Notes: a model not told the origin generated them from the sequence alone. 64,000 nucleotides of DNA from Octopus vulgaris (GCA_951406725.2 OX597823.1:59272001-59336000), one strand, 5' to 3'. Positions 40,295 through 55,010 are shown, counted from the first letter of the stretch. A program made the numbers and translations.

Positions 40295-40913
40295 GGATCT
40301 TTACCTTTTGACCTACAGATTTAAAAAATAATTGTTTGTAACTAAACACTTTCAAACTTCGGACACTGGTAGAATGTGCCATATAAAACGTGTTTTACTC
40401 TTAGCATTTTTGAGAAAAAATTATATTTACGAAGTTATTTCACGTTAAAGTTCTCGTATTTCGGTAATTTCAACCAATCAATGACGTGTATACAGCTGTA
40501 TAAAATTACTGCCGTTGTTTGTCAACAACAACTATCGGCGATGTATTTTTCGTTTGTCACTGTTATTTATGACACCGTTCGTGCGTTTGTACTAGTTTTT
40601 AGGTTTTAGGGTTAGGGTGTTAGGGTTAGGATTGTCATAAATAACAGTGACAAACGAAATATACACTACTTGAAGTTCTTGTTGACAAACAACAGCAGTA
40701 GTTTTATTCAGCTGAATACACGTCATTGATTAGATGAAATTACAGAAATGCGAGAAGTTTAACGTGAAATAACTTCGTAAATATAAGTTTTTTCTCGAAA
40801 ATGCTAAGAGTAAACTATGTTTTATATGGCACATTCTACCAGTGTCCGGAGTTTGAAAGTGTTTGGGTACAAAAAATTATTTTTTAAAACTGTAGGTCAA
40901 AATGTGAAGATCC
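40295..40913. mobile_element. Palindromic Merlin-type MITE with central TTAGGG repeats
   Basis: 8-bp TSD CTTAAGTA (40287-40294, 40914-40921); ~280-bp inverted arms 40295-40574 / 40633-40913; left end homologous to the 31215 element. Confidence 0.88.
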
Positions 40914-41385
40914 CTTAAGTATTATGAATTAAGAGTTGATGTTTTTGCATACAATGAGTCCACAATATGGACTCTTTTTTTTTTTTCACTAACATGTTGG
41001 GATAGATTGTAGGTGAGCTTTGGAATCACTGCAACGAAATGTAATTGCCAAAATGAGCTGTGCTGGACATAACTCTTATAATATCATTGATGATACAGAA
41101 ATGCTCAGCTAACTTTTCACCGTACTATACGTAAGGCTACCGCAAATTTTTCTGAGTTTATCACAGTTTATCTCACAGTACCCGTACTGACTGCAAACGT
41201 GCACACGCTTCTGAATAAAATCAATGTATCGCAACTAATTTCTTGAACAATATGATTAAGCATACAACAAATATGTAATGTGAGCAGAATAATAATAGCA
41301 TAGTCTGTAATAAAATGACTCGACATGAATCCGTTAGACTGCAAGCGTCCGAAATATTCACAACCTCTTCTGAAGCTATGAGTTT

Positions 41386-41440
<55 letters not shown>

Positions 41441-42100
41441 ATGTGTGTGTGTGTGTGTACGTCCTTGTATGTACGAGTTTGATTCACACACCTCTCTAAA
41501 AAACAATTATTTCACGTTCTCTCAAAGTTTCTAAATGCTTATGACCATCAACAACATACGACTGTCGCTAGTCACTATTCATTCCCACTTAAATACGGAT
41601 GTTCTGTTAAAACAAACTTATGCTGCAAAATTCGTATATTGGCTCTTTGGAACAAAATGCATTCTTGTTTATATCATTAGCAGAGAGATAATCTCCGCTA
41701 CCTCCGCGCTTAGATCACCAGAGCAAGTGATTTCAAACTTGTTCGATCTTGTCAATGATGGACACTCGATCGCTAAAGGTAACAGCTATTCATCTCCTCC
41801 AGCGATTGAGAGTGCCAGAACATGCGCTTGTGTTAACTTGTAAAAAATATATATAAGCGACGAAGACAGTCCACGTTGAAGTGAGAATGAATATTACCTC
41901 TCAGAATTAAAACTACTTCTATCGCTAATGTATATGTATTTTTTCATATATATTTTTCACAATGTGTATAAAGAAAACATGCAGCAACAATAACAAGAAC
42001 AACAACAACAACAATAATAATAATAACAACTATAATAATAATAATAATAGCAACAAATATAATAATAATAGTAATAATAATAATAACAACAACTATAATG

Positions 42101-42157
<57 letters not shown>

Positions 42158-42316
42158 GCAACAACTATAATAAAATGCCATGATGCAGTACCAGGCAGTG
42201 GCTTCATGGTTTCTGATCTTAACTGATTGGAAGTGCTATCATGTACATTGTTTTGTCGTAGTATAAGGAAGGCGATTTTTTTCCGCCTTCCTTTTCTTTT
42301 GGACTTTTCTATCTCC

Positions 42317-42353
42317 TGTTTTCGAAGAAGAGCTATGCTCGAAACATAAAACA
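42317..42353 (+). ncRNA. Degenerate minimal hammerhead in a Penelope-like tail
   Basis: TGTTT-TCGAAGA-AGAGC-TAT-GCTC-GAAAC-ATA-AAACA, followed by a pyrimidine-rich tail ending at TA repeats. Confidence 0.55.
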
Positions 42354-42854
42354 ACCACCCTTTCCTTCTCTGAGCGTCTTGTTAATACTTTTCATGTTCT
42401 ACATCCTCGTGTTGTTTTGTTTTGTTTTTTTTTTGTCTTGTCCTTTTGTCTCCGTTTTCTTTTTAATCAATTATATACATATATAAGTATTTTGTAAGTA
42501 ATCAAATACTAATACAGAGAAAAAGAAAAAGAATCGGTTCTTCAAACGGTTCGAACATCGAATTAATCGTATGCAGGGTGTCCACATTACCATTATACGG
42601 AAAGTGACCCCGGTAATTTCCTAACTTCCGCCTGTCAAATGTTTGCTACTTAAAGTTTTACTGCTAGAAACTCATGGTACTATTCCAAAACATATCATAC
42701 GGTTATCAGAGGATATTTTCTTTACCGTCGTTTAACATTGTTAAATATCGCACTTAAATTCTCTTTATCATGAAAAAAAAGCATTGATTCCAGGAATATG
42801 AATTTAGCAATATCTTGCAAGTCAAGAATTTGAATATAAGTTTTATATTATGGG

Positions 42855-43050
42855 ACAAGCTAGTAGAATTGTTAGAACACCGGACAAAATGCTTAGCGGC
42901 ATTTCGTCTTACGTTCTGAGTTCAAATTCCACCGAGGTCGACTTTGCCTTTCGTCCTTTACTGATGTCGATGAAATAAGTTCCAATTACGCACTGGGGTC
43001 GATATAATCGACTATCCCCCACCCAAAATGTTATGCTTTTTTGCCTTCAG
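42855..43050 (+). mobile_element. SINE family A
   Basis: Family head, B-box and core. Confidence 0.88.
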
Positions 43051-43070
43051 CACTAGATATAATATATATA

Positions 43071-43144
<74 letters not shown>

Positions 43145-43949
43145 TTTATCGTTTACTTGTTTCAATCACTGGACTACGGTCATGATGGGACACCACCTTG
43201 AAGGGTTTTAGTCAAAGGAATCTATCCTAGCACTTATTTTTAAGCTTCGTATCCATCTATTAGTCTGTTGTGCAGAACTACTGGGCTACATATATGTGTG
43301 TGTGTGTATGCGTGCGTCCTAGCTATTACCGCTTGAAAATGCCTGATATCATTTACATTAAAAATTTTTCACTCTTACTATGTAATTTGCCTCCGACTCA
43401 CATGCGTTTCTTTTTCTTTTTCTTTTTCTTTTTTTTTTTCTAATTTTTACTTTTGAGATATTGATCAACACATGTTCAAACTAAATATCAACTACAGCTG
43501 TCTTGTGAATGTTGGATAGGACCTGCAAGAGGTGTAGGATCTACTTTTCCACCTCCTCTAATCAACTGAACATAAATTGTACGAAACAGACTTGCCTTGG
43601 AAGAATTCTTTTATCTAAGAATGGTTTAGTCCCAGAACGGTGCTGACTGACTAGATCTCTAATCAAAAGCATTCTAGCTATGACCTAGCCTTTTCATCAC
43701 TCGAGCAGTTGCATACATCGCACAATGTATCCCCTGTCTCCATTTTTTGAAAGCTGTAGGTTGTAATTTGAGGAAGATTTAACTGCTAATTCTATCAGGT
43801 CGAACAACCACGTAGGTATTCCCTTGTTAAATTGAAACAGCTGCAGCTCATTTCCAGTTTATTAGCATTAACAGAACAATACTGAGAACATTTAGAAATT
43901 TTATGTTACTAAGATTGTGCAAGCGCGCGCGTAGTGTGTGTGTGTGTGG

Positions 43950-44049
<100 letters not shown>

Positions 44050-45369
44050 GAAGTGATGAAAAGGAGATAAAGTAATTGATATGGATGATTCCCATAGTGT
44101 TCTGATATGCTTATGCTTGTGAATCAGGCCCCACTGGGATTTCAAGGAGAAGACAATATCACTATTAACTCTGTCATTTCATAAATATGTAGTGTGAGTT
44201 GCTGACGTGAGAAGGACACTGATCAAATGAGTGATTAGATATAGAATTCGTAAATAAATCTACTCTTATTGAAAATGATAAATCAAATCGAAAATGGGTA
44301 AGATTTGGAAGTTGAATTTCATTTACATTCTAACTGCATTACTTATTTCGTCCAGCATCAATTGATGAATTAAGATGAATTGCTAGGATCTGTTACTCAG
44401 TATTTATATGACGATTCTCATTTGCAGGCTTCCATGATTGTGGGGGAGGGACCTATTATGATATAGTAGGCTTTCATACTTCTTTAATTACTTTCTATAT
44501 TCATGAGTTACTTGGGAAGAAATAACAATATAATCGCATTCTATAATTACTTGGCAACTCAACAGCAGAAATGGTGCAGTGTTTTATTAATAGCCTTATT
44601 GTTGTCGTTGTTGTGGTTACTGTTGTTGTTGCAGTTGTTGTCTTTATTTTCCATGGACTGAGAAATGCATCAAGCGATTATTTTCTTACATTAAAAAGAA
44701 TTAGGTACTTGTGGAAAAACATGCATATATATATGGCAATTACCTCGCGGAAGAAACGTTTTTAGTCATTCAAAAGCACATTCCATTGTATTTCTTCGTG
44801 TCAAAAGTTTCTTCGTGCCTCAGCGACCGAGTCACAGATGCAATTCCACTGCGACGGAAAATCTAACGCAAGACATAAATCAAAAGTGACTTTGTATTTT
44901 GTTGTTGTTCGTATTTTTTTGCGTATGAAATGCTTCAAACGACTCTTCCACGAGGTAATTGTTTCAGTTTTAAAATGTGGCTTGCATCTGATCTCTTGCC
45001 GGATAAGTGCAACTCGGAAAAACACATAACCATGTTGAGGTAGAGTCCTCAGGCATTTCCTCCATAAGGCCCTATCAGAAGCAACCGCCATTTGAGTTTC
45101 CGGATGGATTACCAAGTGTGACCGATTGAGTTATAAATATTACCTAACCATCTTAAGGCTTGCGAACTGGCAGAATCATTAGCACACCAGGCGAAATGCT
45201 TAGCGCTATTTCGTTCATCTTTCGTTCTGAGTTCAAATTCCGCTGAGGTCAGCTTTGCCATTTATTCTTTCGGAGTCGATAAAAATAAGCGCCAATTGAG
45301 CACTGGAGTAAATGTATCGATTTTCACTCTCCCCCAAACTGCTGGCTTTGTATCGAAATTTGAAAGCGA

Positions 45370-45810
45370 TGTTATCCAGCCATCTCGTTCTTTGTCTACC
45401 TTCAGGTCTCCTATCGGTTAGTCTCAACGACATGACTCCGGGTTCAGTTCCTCTGCGTGGCACCTTCGGCAAATGTCCTCTTACTATAGCCTTGGGCTGG
45501 CCAAAGCCTTACTATAGCCTTGGGCTAGCCATCCCGTTTTTGGTCTACCTTCAGATCTCCTATCGATTAGCAGGGACTTAAAGAATCTATTAGCGATTCT
45601 TTACTACAACATTCTAATTGCATATCTGTAGTGCCGTAATTCTGTCCTTTCAATGCAGAAAAGTAACAGCAGCTCGACCTGAAGAACTCCCTGACATTCC
45701 AGCTAGGCATGTTCTCAAGTGACGTTACTCCAGAAATACTTCGAAGATATCCCATTTCAGCCGATTGTATTCACGATCATACTCTTTCGGTCATTACTGA
45801 TCATTCATAG
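45370..45810 (-). mobile_element. Decayed RTE-like LINE fragment interrupted by a SINE-B piece
   Basis: Minus-strand peptides MGYLRSISGVTSLE... and RRPEGRQRTRWLDNI, typical of the RTE ORF C-terminus; a related 3' piece (VASDRALWRKCL) lies at ~45030-45110. Confidence 0.6.
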
Positions 45811-45990
45811 CCATATGTGTTCTCTGCATCTTCCATGCAAATAAGTGTGTGCATGAAGACGTGTTCATATGTTTGTATGTGTGTATGTGTATTGACTCTG
45901 TATCTATGCATATGTTTACGAACGTTTAATATATACATACATGTACACAAACGCTTCGCATTGTTTTAGCTTTCGAGTGCCCACTGGAAT

Positions 45991-46064
<74 letters not shown>

Positions 46065-46231
46065 ATAAAACGGTAAGATAACAAAAAAAGAAAGAGACCT
46101 CAATATTATGTAAATGAAATTTATCTATACAATATGTTACATTACTGTAGTCAAGATAAAACTCTGAGTTTCAGATGCCGAAGTGGAAATCCACAACAAG
46201 ATAACCGAAGAGATGGATTTATATATATATC

Positions 46232-46281
<50 letters not shown>

Positions 46282-46285
<4 letters not shown>

Positions 46286-46662
46286 GCTGTGTGGTAAGAA
46301 GCTAGCTTCTCAACCACATGATTCCGGGTTCAGTTCCTCTGCGTGGCACCTTGGGTAAGTGTCCTCTTACTGTAGTCTCGGGCTGGCCAAAGCCTTATGA
46401 GTAGATCTAGTAGACGGAAACTGAAAGAAGCCCATCTTGTGTGTGTGTGTGTGTTTGTGTTTGTCCCCACTACCGCTTGATAACCAATGCTGGTGTGTTT
46501 ATGTCTCCGTAACGTTGCGGTTCGGCAAAAGATCTCGATAGAATAAGTACCAGACTTTGGAAAAAAAAATACTGGGGTCAAATTATTCGACTGAAAATTC
46601 TTCAAGGCGGTGTCCCAGCATGGTTGTAGTCTAATGACTGAAACAAGAAAAAGATAAAAGAT
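46282..46662 (+). mobile_element. SINE family B
   Basis: Head, CORE-like segment, TG tract and (AAAAGAT) tail. Confidence 0.9.
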
Positions 46663-46789
46663 GAATCTTTTATAAAAAAAAAAAATCTGAACAGATTAAA
46701 ATTTTAAACACAAAATTAGTATAAATCTATATGAAAACAAGAACTTAAAGCAAGTTAAGCATATAATACTAATAACAAGAGCAATAATA

Positions 46790-47470
46790 ACCCTTTCTAC
46801 TGGGAGCACAAGGACTCAAATTTTGGGGAAGGGATTAAGTTGATTTACATCGACCCCAGTAAGTAACTGGTACTAGATTTATTGACTCCGAAAGGATGAA
46901 AGGCAAAGTCGACCTCGGCGAAAAGGCAAAGGACAAACAAGGACAGACAAACGGATTAAGTTGATTATATCGACCCTAGTGCATAACTGGTACTTATTTA
47001 ATCGACCCCGAAAGGATGAAAGGCAAAGTCGAACTCGACGGAATATGAACTCAGAACATAACGGCAGATGAAATACCTGTTTCTTTATTACCCACAAGGG
47101 GCTAAACATAGAAGGGACAAGCAAGGACAGACAAAGGTATAAGTCGATTACATCGACCTCAGTGCATAACTGGTATTTAATTTATCGACCCCGAAAGGAT
47201 GAAAGGCAAAGTCGACCTCGGCGGAATTTGAACTCAGAACATAATCGACTTAATCCGGTTGTCCTCTCTGTGTTTATTCCCTTGTGGGTAGTAAAGAAAA
47301 AGGTATTTCGTTTGTCTTTATGTTCCGAGTTCAAATTCCACCGAGGTCAACTTTGCCTTTCATCTTTTTGGGGTCGATAAATTAAGTACCAGTTGTGTAC
47401 TGGGGTCGATCTAATCAACTGGCCCCATTCTCAAAAATTCCAGGCCTTGTGCCTAGCTTAGAAAAGATAC
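46790..47470. mobile_element. Rearranged SINE-A multimer with inverted half
   Basis: Three minus-strand cores (46790-47240) joined to a plus-strand half dimer (47245-47470). Confidence 0.85.
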
Positions 47471-48828
47471 TTTTATTCTCTTACATTTATTCTTTCTAGT
47501 TGTGTCAATACACTGTTTAAGAAATGCATTAACTATGAAAATCTTTCTTAGTGCATATGTTTATTTATACTGTAAAAATTTCCAGAAATTTACTAATCCG
47601 ATATAAATAAAAACAACCTTAGTACTTATAACTTATGCATAGATTTTTAGTTAAATTCCAAATTGTATTAAATAAAAAGTAAATTTTATAAATCTCTAAA
47701 TCAAATTCTTTTAGCTACTTTAAAGAATTCCTGTGATTTTGGTTTTTTTTTATCATTTTGAATCTATCACCCTGATTTTTTACTTTATTTCAAAAAGAAA
47801 TATTTAAATTTTTTTTTAAGTCAATTGGGCAAATGCCAAAATTATAAATTCTTCAATTATTTGTATATTTGTGGAGACAGTTTACATTTGGGAGACTGAT
47901 AATTTACATTTCTTGATATTTTTAAACAAAACATTTGCATGTTTTTGTTAACACAAGACTAATGTTTTAATGATTTTCCAAGCCATTAATAGAATTTTGA
48001 TTTTCCAGAGCATTTAATATTAAATTTCTGTGTCTTTTGCATAAATTAGTAAAATAAAAAAAAAAATAAAGCATTTATTGACTAAATGTATTTTATTGAT
48101 GTTTATACTGTTTTCTTTCATAGTTTTTTTTTTTCTAAGGGAGAGTTATCCAATTATCAGTCTTCAACTGTATGTTGTCAAGAAATCAGTTTCAAGCCAA
48201 AATTTACTATAACTTCTTATCAATGAAATTAATCTATGCCTAGTGACAAGAATCTGTAAAGTCAGCTTTTAGCTAAGTTTCCTGTAATTTTGTGCAAATG
48301 CAAGGAATAATGTGTTATAGGTAATTTTCTTAGGGGAACATTCCAACAGTTAGTTGAATATTAATTCAACATACAGCAACATCTCTGCATTATAGAAGAA
48401 GAAAATGTGTGAAATTTTACCCATTCTCCAATATCTTTCCTTCAAATTCGATTTATTTTAGCATATTTTTGTCGACATTATATTATTTGATGCCATGATC
48501 AAATTTGTTTTATTTCTATGAATGCAGCAAAAGTTTTCTAAATTAAAATGTATTTTACTAAATTTGAACCAGATATTATATTGAGTTATTTTAAGACAAC
48601 TTAAGAGCGACTTTCAGGTTAAATCAGGAAATAAATGAAACATCTGGAAAAGATATTGATAAAAATATAGAATAATTTAAATATTTGATTTTTGGGCATT
48701 ACAATTTTTGTGAACGTGAGAAGTTTATTATCTGAATATGATAAAAGCATTCATTTTCCAGAGGTTTCCTGCAATTTATAACTTGACAAGTATTAGTCTA
48801 AGATTAAATATAGATCTATTGATCTTTC

Positions 48829-49492
48829 TTGTACTTGTACTTGTACTTGTGACGGCGTTCACCCAGGGCTGGTTGAGCCAGCTTCTTTTCTGTTCCTAAC
48901 AGCACCATGAACCATGGCAGCCCATGCTAGACGGTCCTGTGCAAGGTCACTGGAGATAGTGAGCCATTCGTGGTTCCATCTGCACAGACCGACCACCCGC
49001 GGACCTGAGAGTTCGGAGAGATCCTCCTTTATCATCGTTGCCCAGGTCTTCAGCTGCCTGTCCGTGCATTTGTGCCAGCTGGGAAGTGGAGGTGGGAGGA
49101 GGACATCACGAATCAGCTCACCCTCTGGACACCGGGCCACATGACCAAACCACCTTAGAAGCACCGAAGGGAGGAGCCGGAGATTCAGGCGACGACAAAG
49201 ACTGGCTGTAGTAACCCAATCAGTGCGTCGGCAGTGAAGAATACGGTGGAGACAGTCATTGTCAAACACCTCCAGCCTTCACTGATAGACTACCCTCATA
49301 GGCCATGTTTCACAACCATAGAGGAGGATAGTACAAACAACGGCCTGGTAGATTCGCCCTTTGGTCACTGAGGAGATCTTTCTTCTGTTCCACAGGCACC
49401 ACTGGAGGCACACGAATGCATATCTGGCAGCACCTATGTGACACTCGACCTCGGCTGTGCCCTGGCCCATTGAAACCGCCGTTGAACGGTGG
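48829..49492 (-). mobile_element. 5'-truncated RTE-clade LINE with 12-bp TSD
   Basis: Peptides TKGRIYQAVVCTILLYGCETWP, WFGHVAR, QLKTWATMIKEDL, LAQDRLAW; (CAAGTA)n tail; TSD TATTGATCTTTC at 48817-48828 and 49493-49504. Confidence 0.93.
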
Positions 49493-51148
49493 TATTGATC
49501 TTTCAAATGGGCTTAAGAAATAGCAGCACCTAGATTGAGTAACTTAATACTAGCTGATGGGAGCAAATAATTGTTATCCTCATAACAAACATTTTTACTC
49601 ATTGCCACAATATTCAACTCCCTTTGGCTCTGTTAATATCACTCCACAAATATACCATAATCATGAACACTGCTTACATAATAGCCATTAATTCTCTATA
49701 TACATCTCTAAACTTGACCATAAACACTAACCTTGCCGAAGACCTGGTGAAGATACTACATATTTAAAAATATACATTATACAACAATTTAGTGGATGGA
49801 ATAAGTGGGACCCTATCCATCTGATACTCTGAAATGGATAGTTTTACTCATGTTGCCCACATCTACATTATTGTACAGCTATAAATTTGCTATTACAAGT
49901 GAATAGTTCATAAGGAGCATTCCTCACAAAGTGGTAGAGCTAGAAACTGAATATTATATGGTTTAATCCACCATATGGGAAATATGTGAAGACTAACATA
50001 AACCCTTTCTGACATTATTAGATATGCATCTTCCAAGCACATACATTTCACACTCTTTCAAATAAAGTAATGCCACCAACAACTACTTACTGTATAATAC
50101 CAAAGCCAGTTGGGCAATACGAATTCATTTTATTCTCTAAGTTAAAGCTCTTAATTCATTTTATTCTCTAAACATTCTAAAACAATCTTCTCACACAGAC
50201 ACCACCAAATACATCTTAACATACTGTATCTTTAATATTTACAAAATATAACCTTTACTTTGCTCATATAAATAACTACATGATCTTAAAAACTATTTTA
50301 TACTAAAATTTTGATAGGCAATATATTTAACTACTTATGTATTCCTTTACTTGTACCCTAACATGCTTTAACTTGTACCATAACTATGGTATACACCATG
50401 TTATATGCTATAAATTTTGTACGACTACATTTGCAGTAACGTTTTTACATTTACATGTTGTTGGTATGTACATATTTGGGTCTGTAAATTAGATTATTTA
50501 TATCTTTGCTATATATACACATTTGTGCATGTGAAAGCATATATTCTTTGTATCTATATACAAGCAAATAAAGATTGTGTTTGGATGTGTATGTATGAGA
50601 ATATTTCTATGGGTGTGTATATGTAGAGACCTGCATCAATCATACAACCATTCAGGAAACAGCTACACTCTTCTTTTTTATCAATTCTAAGGTTTTTTAA
50701 CTGTAATGCCGTTGATCTACTTACGGTTTGGATTTATTAGAGATAGACTGAAAGAAGATTGTTGTGTGTGCGTATATGTGGTTGCATGTGTGCATGTATG
50801 TGGGTGTGCATATGTGCGTGCATGTGCCTGCATGTGTGTGTGTGTACATGGGAGCAGCATATGTGTCTGTGTATTTATGTCTTTTTCACTTGACATTGTG
50901 CAATGGCCATCAACAAGCATCATTATAATACAAGCAGAGCCATTCTTTTGCAAGCTTATGAAAGCATGTGGCAGTTGTGCTGTTCAGGTTCAAAGAATTA
51001 CTTTGCTTGGAAACAGGTGACTGTTGGCTAGAGAAAGGCCACCCAGTCATAGAAAAATCTGCCTCAATAAATTTCATCTGACCCATGATAGCAAAGGAAA
51101 GTGGATGGTAAAACGATATTGTTGGTATAAACTCACACACACACACAT

Positions 51149-51198
<50 letters not shown>

Positions 51199-51489
51199 GT
51201 ATGTATTAGCTATAGGCAACAAAAGCAGTCTTTGCAACATATATTAATTTTCATATCCAAACTTAACTTTGAATGTGCAGATTTAATGTCATAAGCTATA
51301 ATATATCATCCTAAGACATCATCTTATATAGATAAAAAGTGCTAGAAGCACAGAATCTGTGCTTTATAGCACTTTGCATCTATATGAGATGATTTCACAG
51401 TGTTAAATTAGCACATCTAAGTTAAGATAGATCTGCATGCATGCATACATACACACATGCATACACACACACACACACACACACAAACA

Positions 51490-51794
51490 CATACATACAT
51501 ACATACATACATACATACATACATACATACATACATACATACATACATACATACATACATACATACATACATACATACATACATACATACATACATACAT
51601 ACATACATACATACATACATACATACATACATACATACATACATACATACATACATACATACATACATACATACATACATACATACATACATACATACAT
51701 ACATACATACATACATACATACATACATACATACATACATACATACATACATACATACATACATACATACATACATACATACATACATACATAC
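51490..51794. repeat. (CATA)n microsatellite, ~300 bp perfect
   Basis: Uninterrupted array abutting the mariner end. Confidence 0.97.
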
Positions 51795-51797
51795 AAA

Positions 51798-52730
51798 CAA
51801 GAGTTGGATGAAGAGTTCATATGCTGACCAAGATATTCTCATGGAATGTGACAAAATGAGGTTTATTTTTCAGCATAGTTCCCTTGGTAATCAACTCACT
51901 TCTTCTATTAGTGCTGCAGTGCTTGGATCTCATTGGTGAAGAAACTTTCTTCCTGATGATCAAAATATGTCAACAACAACAGATATGACATCATTACTAC
52001 AATTTTGGTTCCCATCCAAGTGTTTTCTTTTTTTGTTGGGGGACCAGATGATAATCACATGGCGCCAAAACAGGAAAATACAGAGGGTGATCAACCATTC
52101 AAAGCTATAGTCATGCACAACAGCCATTGAAAGAAGGAACTTGTCTGCTGGAGTGTTGTCCTGATGAAACATACTCTTTTCATCAGTTTTGTTGGGCGTT
52201 TGGTCTTGATAGCTTTTATAACTGCCTCAGCAAGTTGACATTGTACTCTCCGTTGATGGTGTGGCCCTTTTGAAGATAGTCAATAAACACAATGCTTTTC
52301 GCATTTGAAAACACTGAGGCCATCACTTTTCCTGCAGATGAACCTACCTTCGGCATCTTTGGAGCAGGTGAGTTGGGGTGCTTCTACAGCATGGATTGTC
52401 TCATTATCTCTGGCTCAAAGTGATGACCCAACTCTCAGGATGAACTCGGAAACATTCAAGAAAACTGACTAGATCTTCTGCAGACAATCTCAAATCCCCC
52501 CATGATGTGATCAGCTTGATGTGTTTTTGCTCAGATGTCAGAAAATGTGGCACCCACCAAGCAGAAACCTTCATCAGGCTAAGTTCATTGTGCAGAATAT
52601 TCCCAACTCTCTTACAGGATATGGTAATTGAACTGGCTATTTGATTAATAGTCAGTTGCCTGCCATCCAGGCTCAACCCTTTCGTCTGCTGATGCCTGAT
52701 AACACCATGATACTAAATTTGGTCCATTTT
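51798..52730 (-). mobile_element. Decayed mariner transposase remnant
   Basis: LTINQIASSITIS..VGNILHNELSLMKVSAWWVPHFLT (WVPxxL motif) and FHQDNTPADK (QDNAPAH motif), with frameshifts; TIR-like end at 51798. Confidence 0.9.
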
Positions 52731-53119
52731 TCAAGAGAATTTGTTACTAGGTACTTTTAAAGTCATCTTTGAACTATCAAATGACAGTTTTTCTGGAAAG
52801 GAGCAATACAGATTTTGGATTTTGTTTGCAAGATTCTTTATATGAGTTCGTGTGCTGAAGCATATTCTGTTGTGTCTGGAGAGAGTCACTATTGAAAAGG
52901 TTGCAAGATGCAACGAAAATTTTAGGAAAATAAAAATAAGAAATAAATGGAAATTTTACCGGTGAGTGTGTTACATTATAAGGCACAAAAAGAAAATGAC
53001 TCTCCCCAGACACAACAGAACAATACAGTTATTAATAAGAAAAGTTGAAACTGATGCATGTGAGATTTCAGTTTTGTCATCAATCCTTCATAGCCAGCCA
53101 ATAAACTTTTCAGCCCGTC

Positions 53120-53156
<37 letters not shown>

Positions 53157-53257
53157 TAAACGTATATTCATATTTCAATATGCCTCTAATTTGTTTATAT
53201 TCTTCAATCGTATTTCAGTGTCCATTGCTTACATTATGTTGAAACATGCACACACAG

Positions 53258-53289
<32 letters not shown>

Positions 53290-54014
53290 ACACACAAATG
53301 TACACTTTGTACATACATATACATTCTTAAATCTATAGAAATAAATATATGTGTATACACATATATATGCATATATTATATATAAATATGCGTGTGCATG
53401 TGTGTGTGTGTGTGTGTGTGTATAGTATGTATACATGTATGTACATGTGTGTGTGTGTATAAAATAATGCCATGGAATATTCCATTGTCAGAATCTTAGG
53501 AAGCCATTCATTGACCTACATCTTACTAACCTACCTTCTTTTAATTATCATCAGAAACCTTCTAACATGGTTGAGATTCATGAAATTATGTTTAACGAGA
53601 AGCCTTTACCATGGTGTTAGAAAGATGATCACTGATTAATACATATATCTAAATTATATTGTACATGACAAACAAAAAAAAATGTAGATTAGGAAAGGTA
53701 GATTATTCAAAGACCATGAATAAATTTTTGAGAAAATAATTTTTTTTTAAATGCAGCTTTTATCAAATTATTATATTTATGGTTAGAAGAAGCAACTATG
53801 GCATTGGTTGTTAAAACTTTAAGTCTTTACTGGTTGCAAATTTTTAATCTGGAAGGATGTTGATTGTTATCATAATTATAAAATATAACAATACCAACAT
53901 GTTAAGCATGAACAATTCAATTTTAGGCCATCAACCTGTTGCCATTGTGTACTTATGTGCATTTTCTTTGTTAACTCAATATCTAACTTGGTTAAGTCAG
54001 AACTAGGATCAATA

Positions 54015-54680
54015 TTCTTTTCTACTCTAGGCACAATGCCTGAAATTTTGGGGGAAGGGAGCCAGTCAATTATAGCGACCCCAGTATGATACTGGTACTT
54101 AATTTATTGACCCCAAAAGATGAGAGGCAAAATCAACCTCAGCAGAATTTGAACTCAGAACGTAAAGACAGACGAAATACCACTATGCATTTTGCCCAAT
54201 GTGCTAACACTTCTTATTTCTTTATTGCCCACAAGGGGCTAAACATAGAGAGGACAAGACAAACAAGGACAGACATCGACCCCAGTGGGTAACCAGTACT
54301 TAATTTATCTACGCTGAAAGGATGAAAGGCAAAGTCGACCTCGGCGGAATTTGAGCTCAGAATGTAATGCCAGATGAAATACTGCTAAGCATTTCACTCG
54401 GCATGCTAACGTTTCTGCCAGCTCTCCACCTTAAAACTATGATCCCTATTGTCATAGATGTAAGGCAGTGAGCTGGCTGAATCATTAACCTGTTGGGCAA
54501 AATGCTTAGTCACATTTTGTTCATCTTTATATTCTGAGTTCAATTTCCACCAAGGTCGACTTTGCCTTTCATGCCTTCTAGGTCAATAAAATAAGTACCA
54601 GTTGAGCACTGGTGTTGATGTAATTGACCTATCCCTCCCCTAAAACTGCTGGCCTATTTTGCTCAAACTTGACAGCAATA
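54015..54680. mobile_element. Head-to-head SINE-A pair (minus dimer plus plus monomer)
   Basis: Minus copy 54015-54432 and plus copy 54461-54680; many CpGs decayed. Confidence 0.87.
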
Positions 54681-54702
54681 TTTCATAGATGTGCTCATCT
54701 CT

Positions 54703-54862
54703 TGCAGACATGGATGTATGGTAAGAGGTTTGTTTCCCAACCACACCGTTCCAGGTTCAGTCCCACATTGTGGTACTTTGGGAAAGTGTCTCAGGCAGGC
54801 TGACCAAAGCCTTGTGAGTGGATTTGGTAGACAGAAACTGAAAGAAGCCTATGGTATACATT

Positions 54863-54900
<38 letters not shown>

Positions 54901-55010
54901 TATTTGTGTTTGTATCCCATCACTGCTTAACAACCAGTGTTGGTGTGTTATATACCCATAAGTTAATAATTCAACAAAAGAAACTGAAAGGATAAACATC
55001 AGGCTTCAAA
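54703..55010 (+). mobile_element. SINE family B (CpG-decayed)
   Basis: Family-B layout; shares a private deletion with the 56095 copy. Confidence 0.85.
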
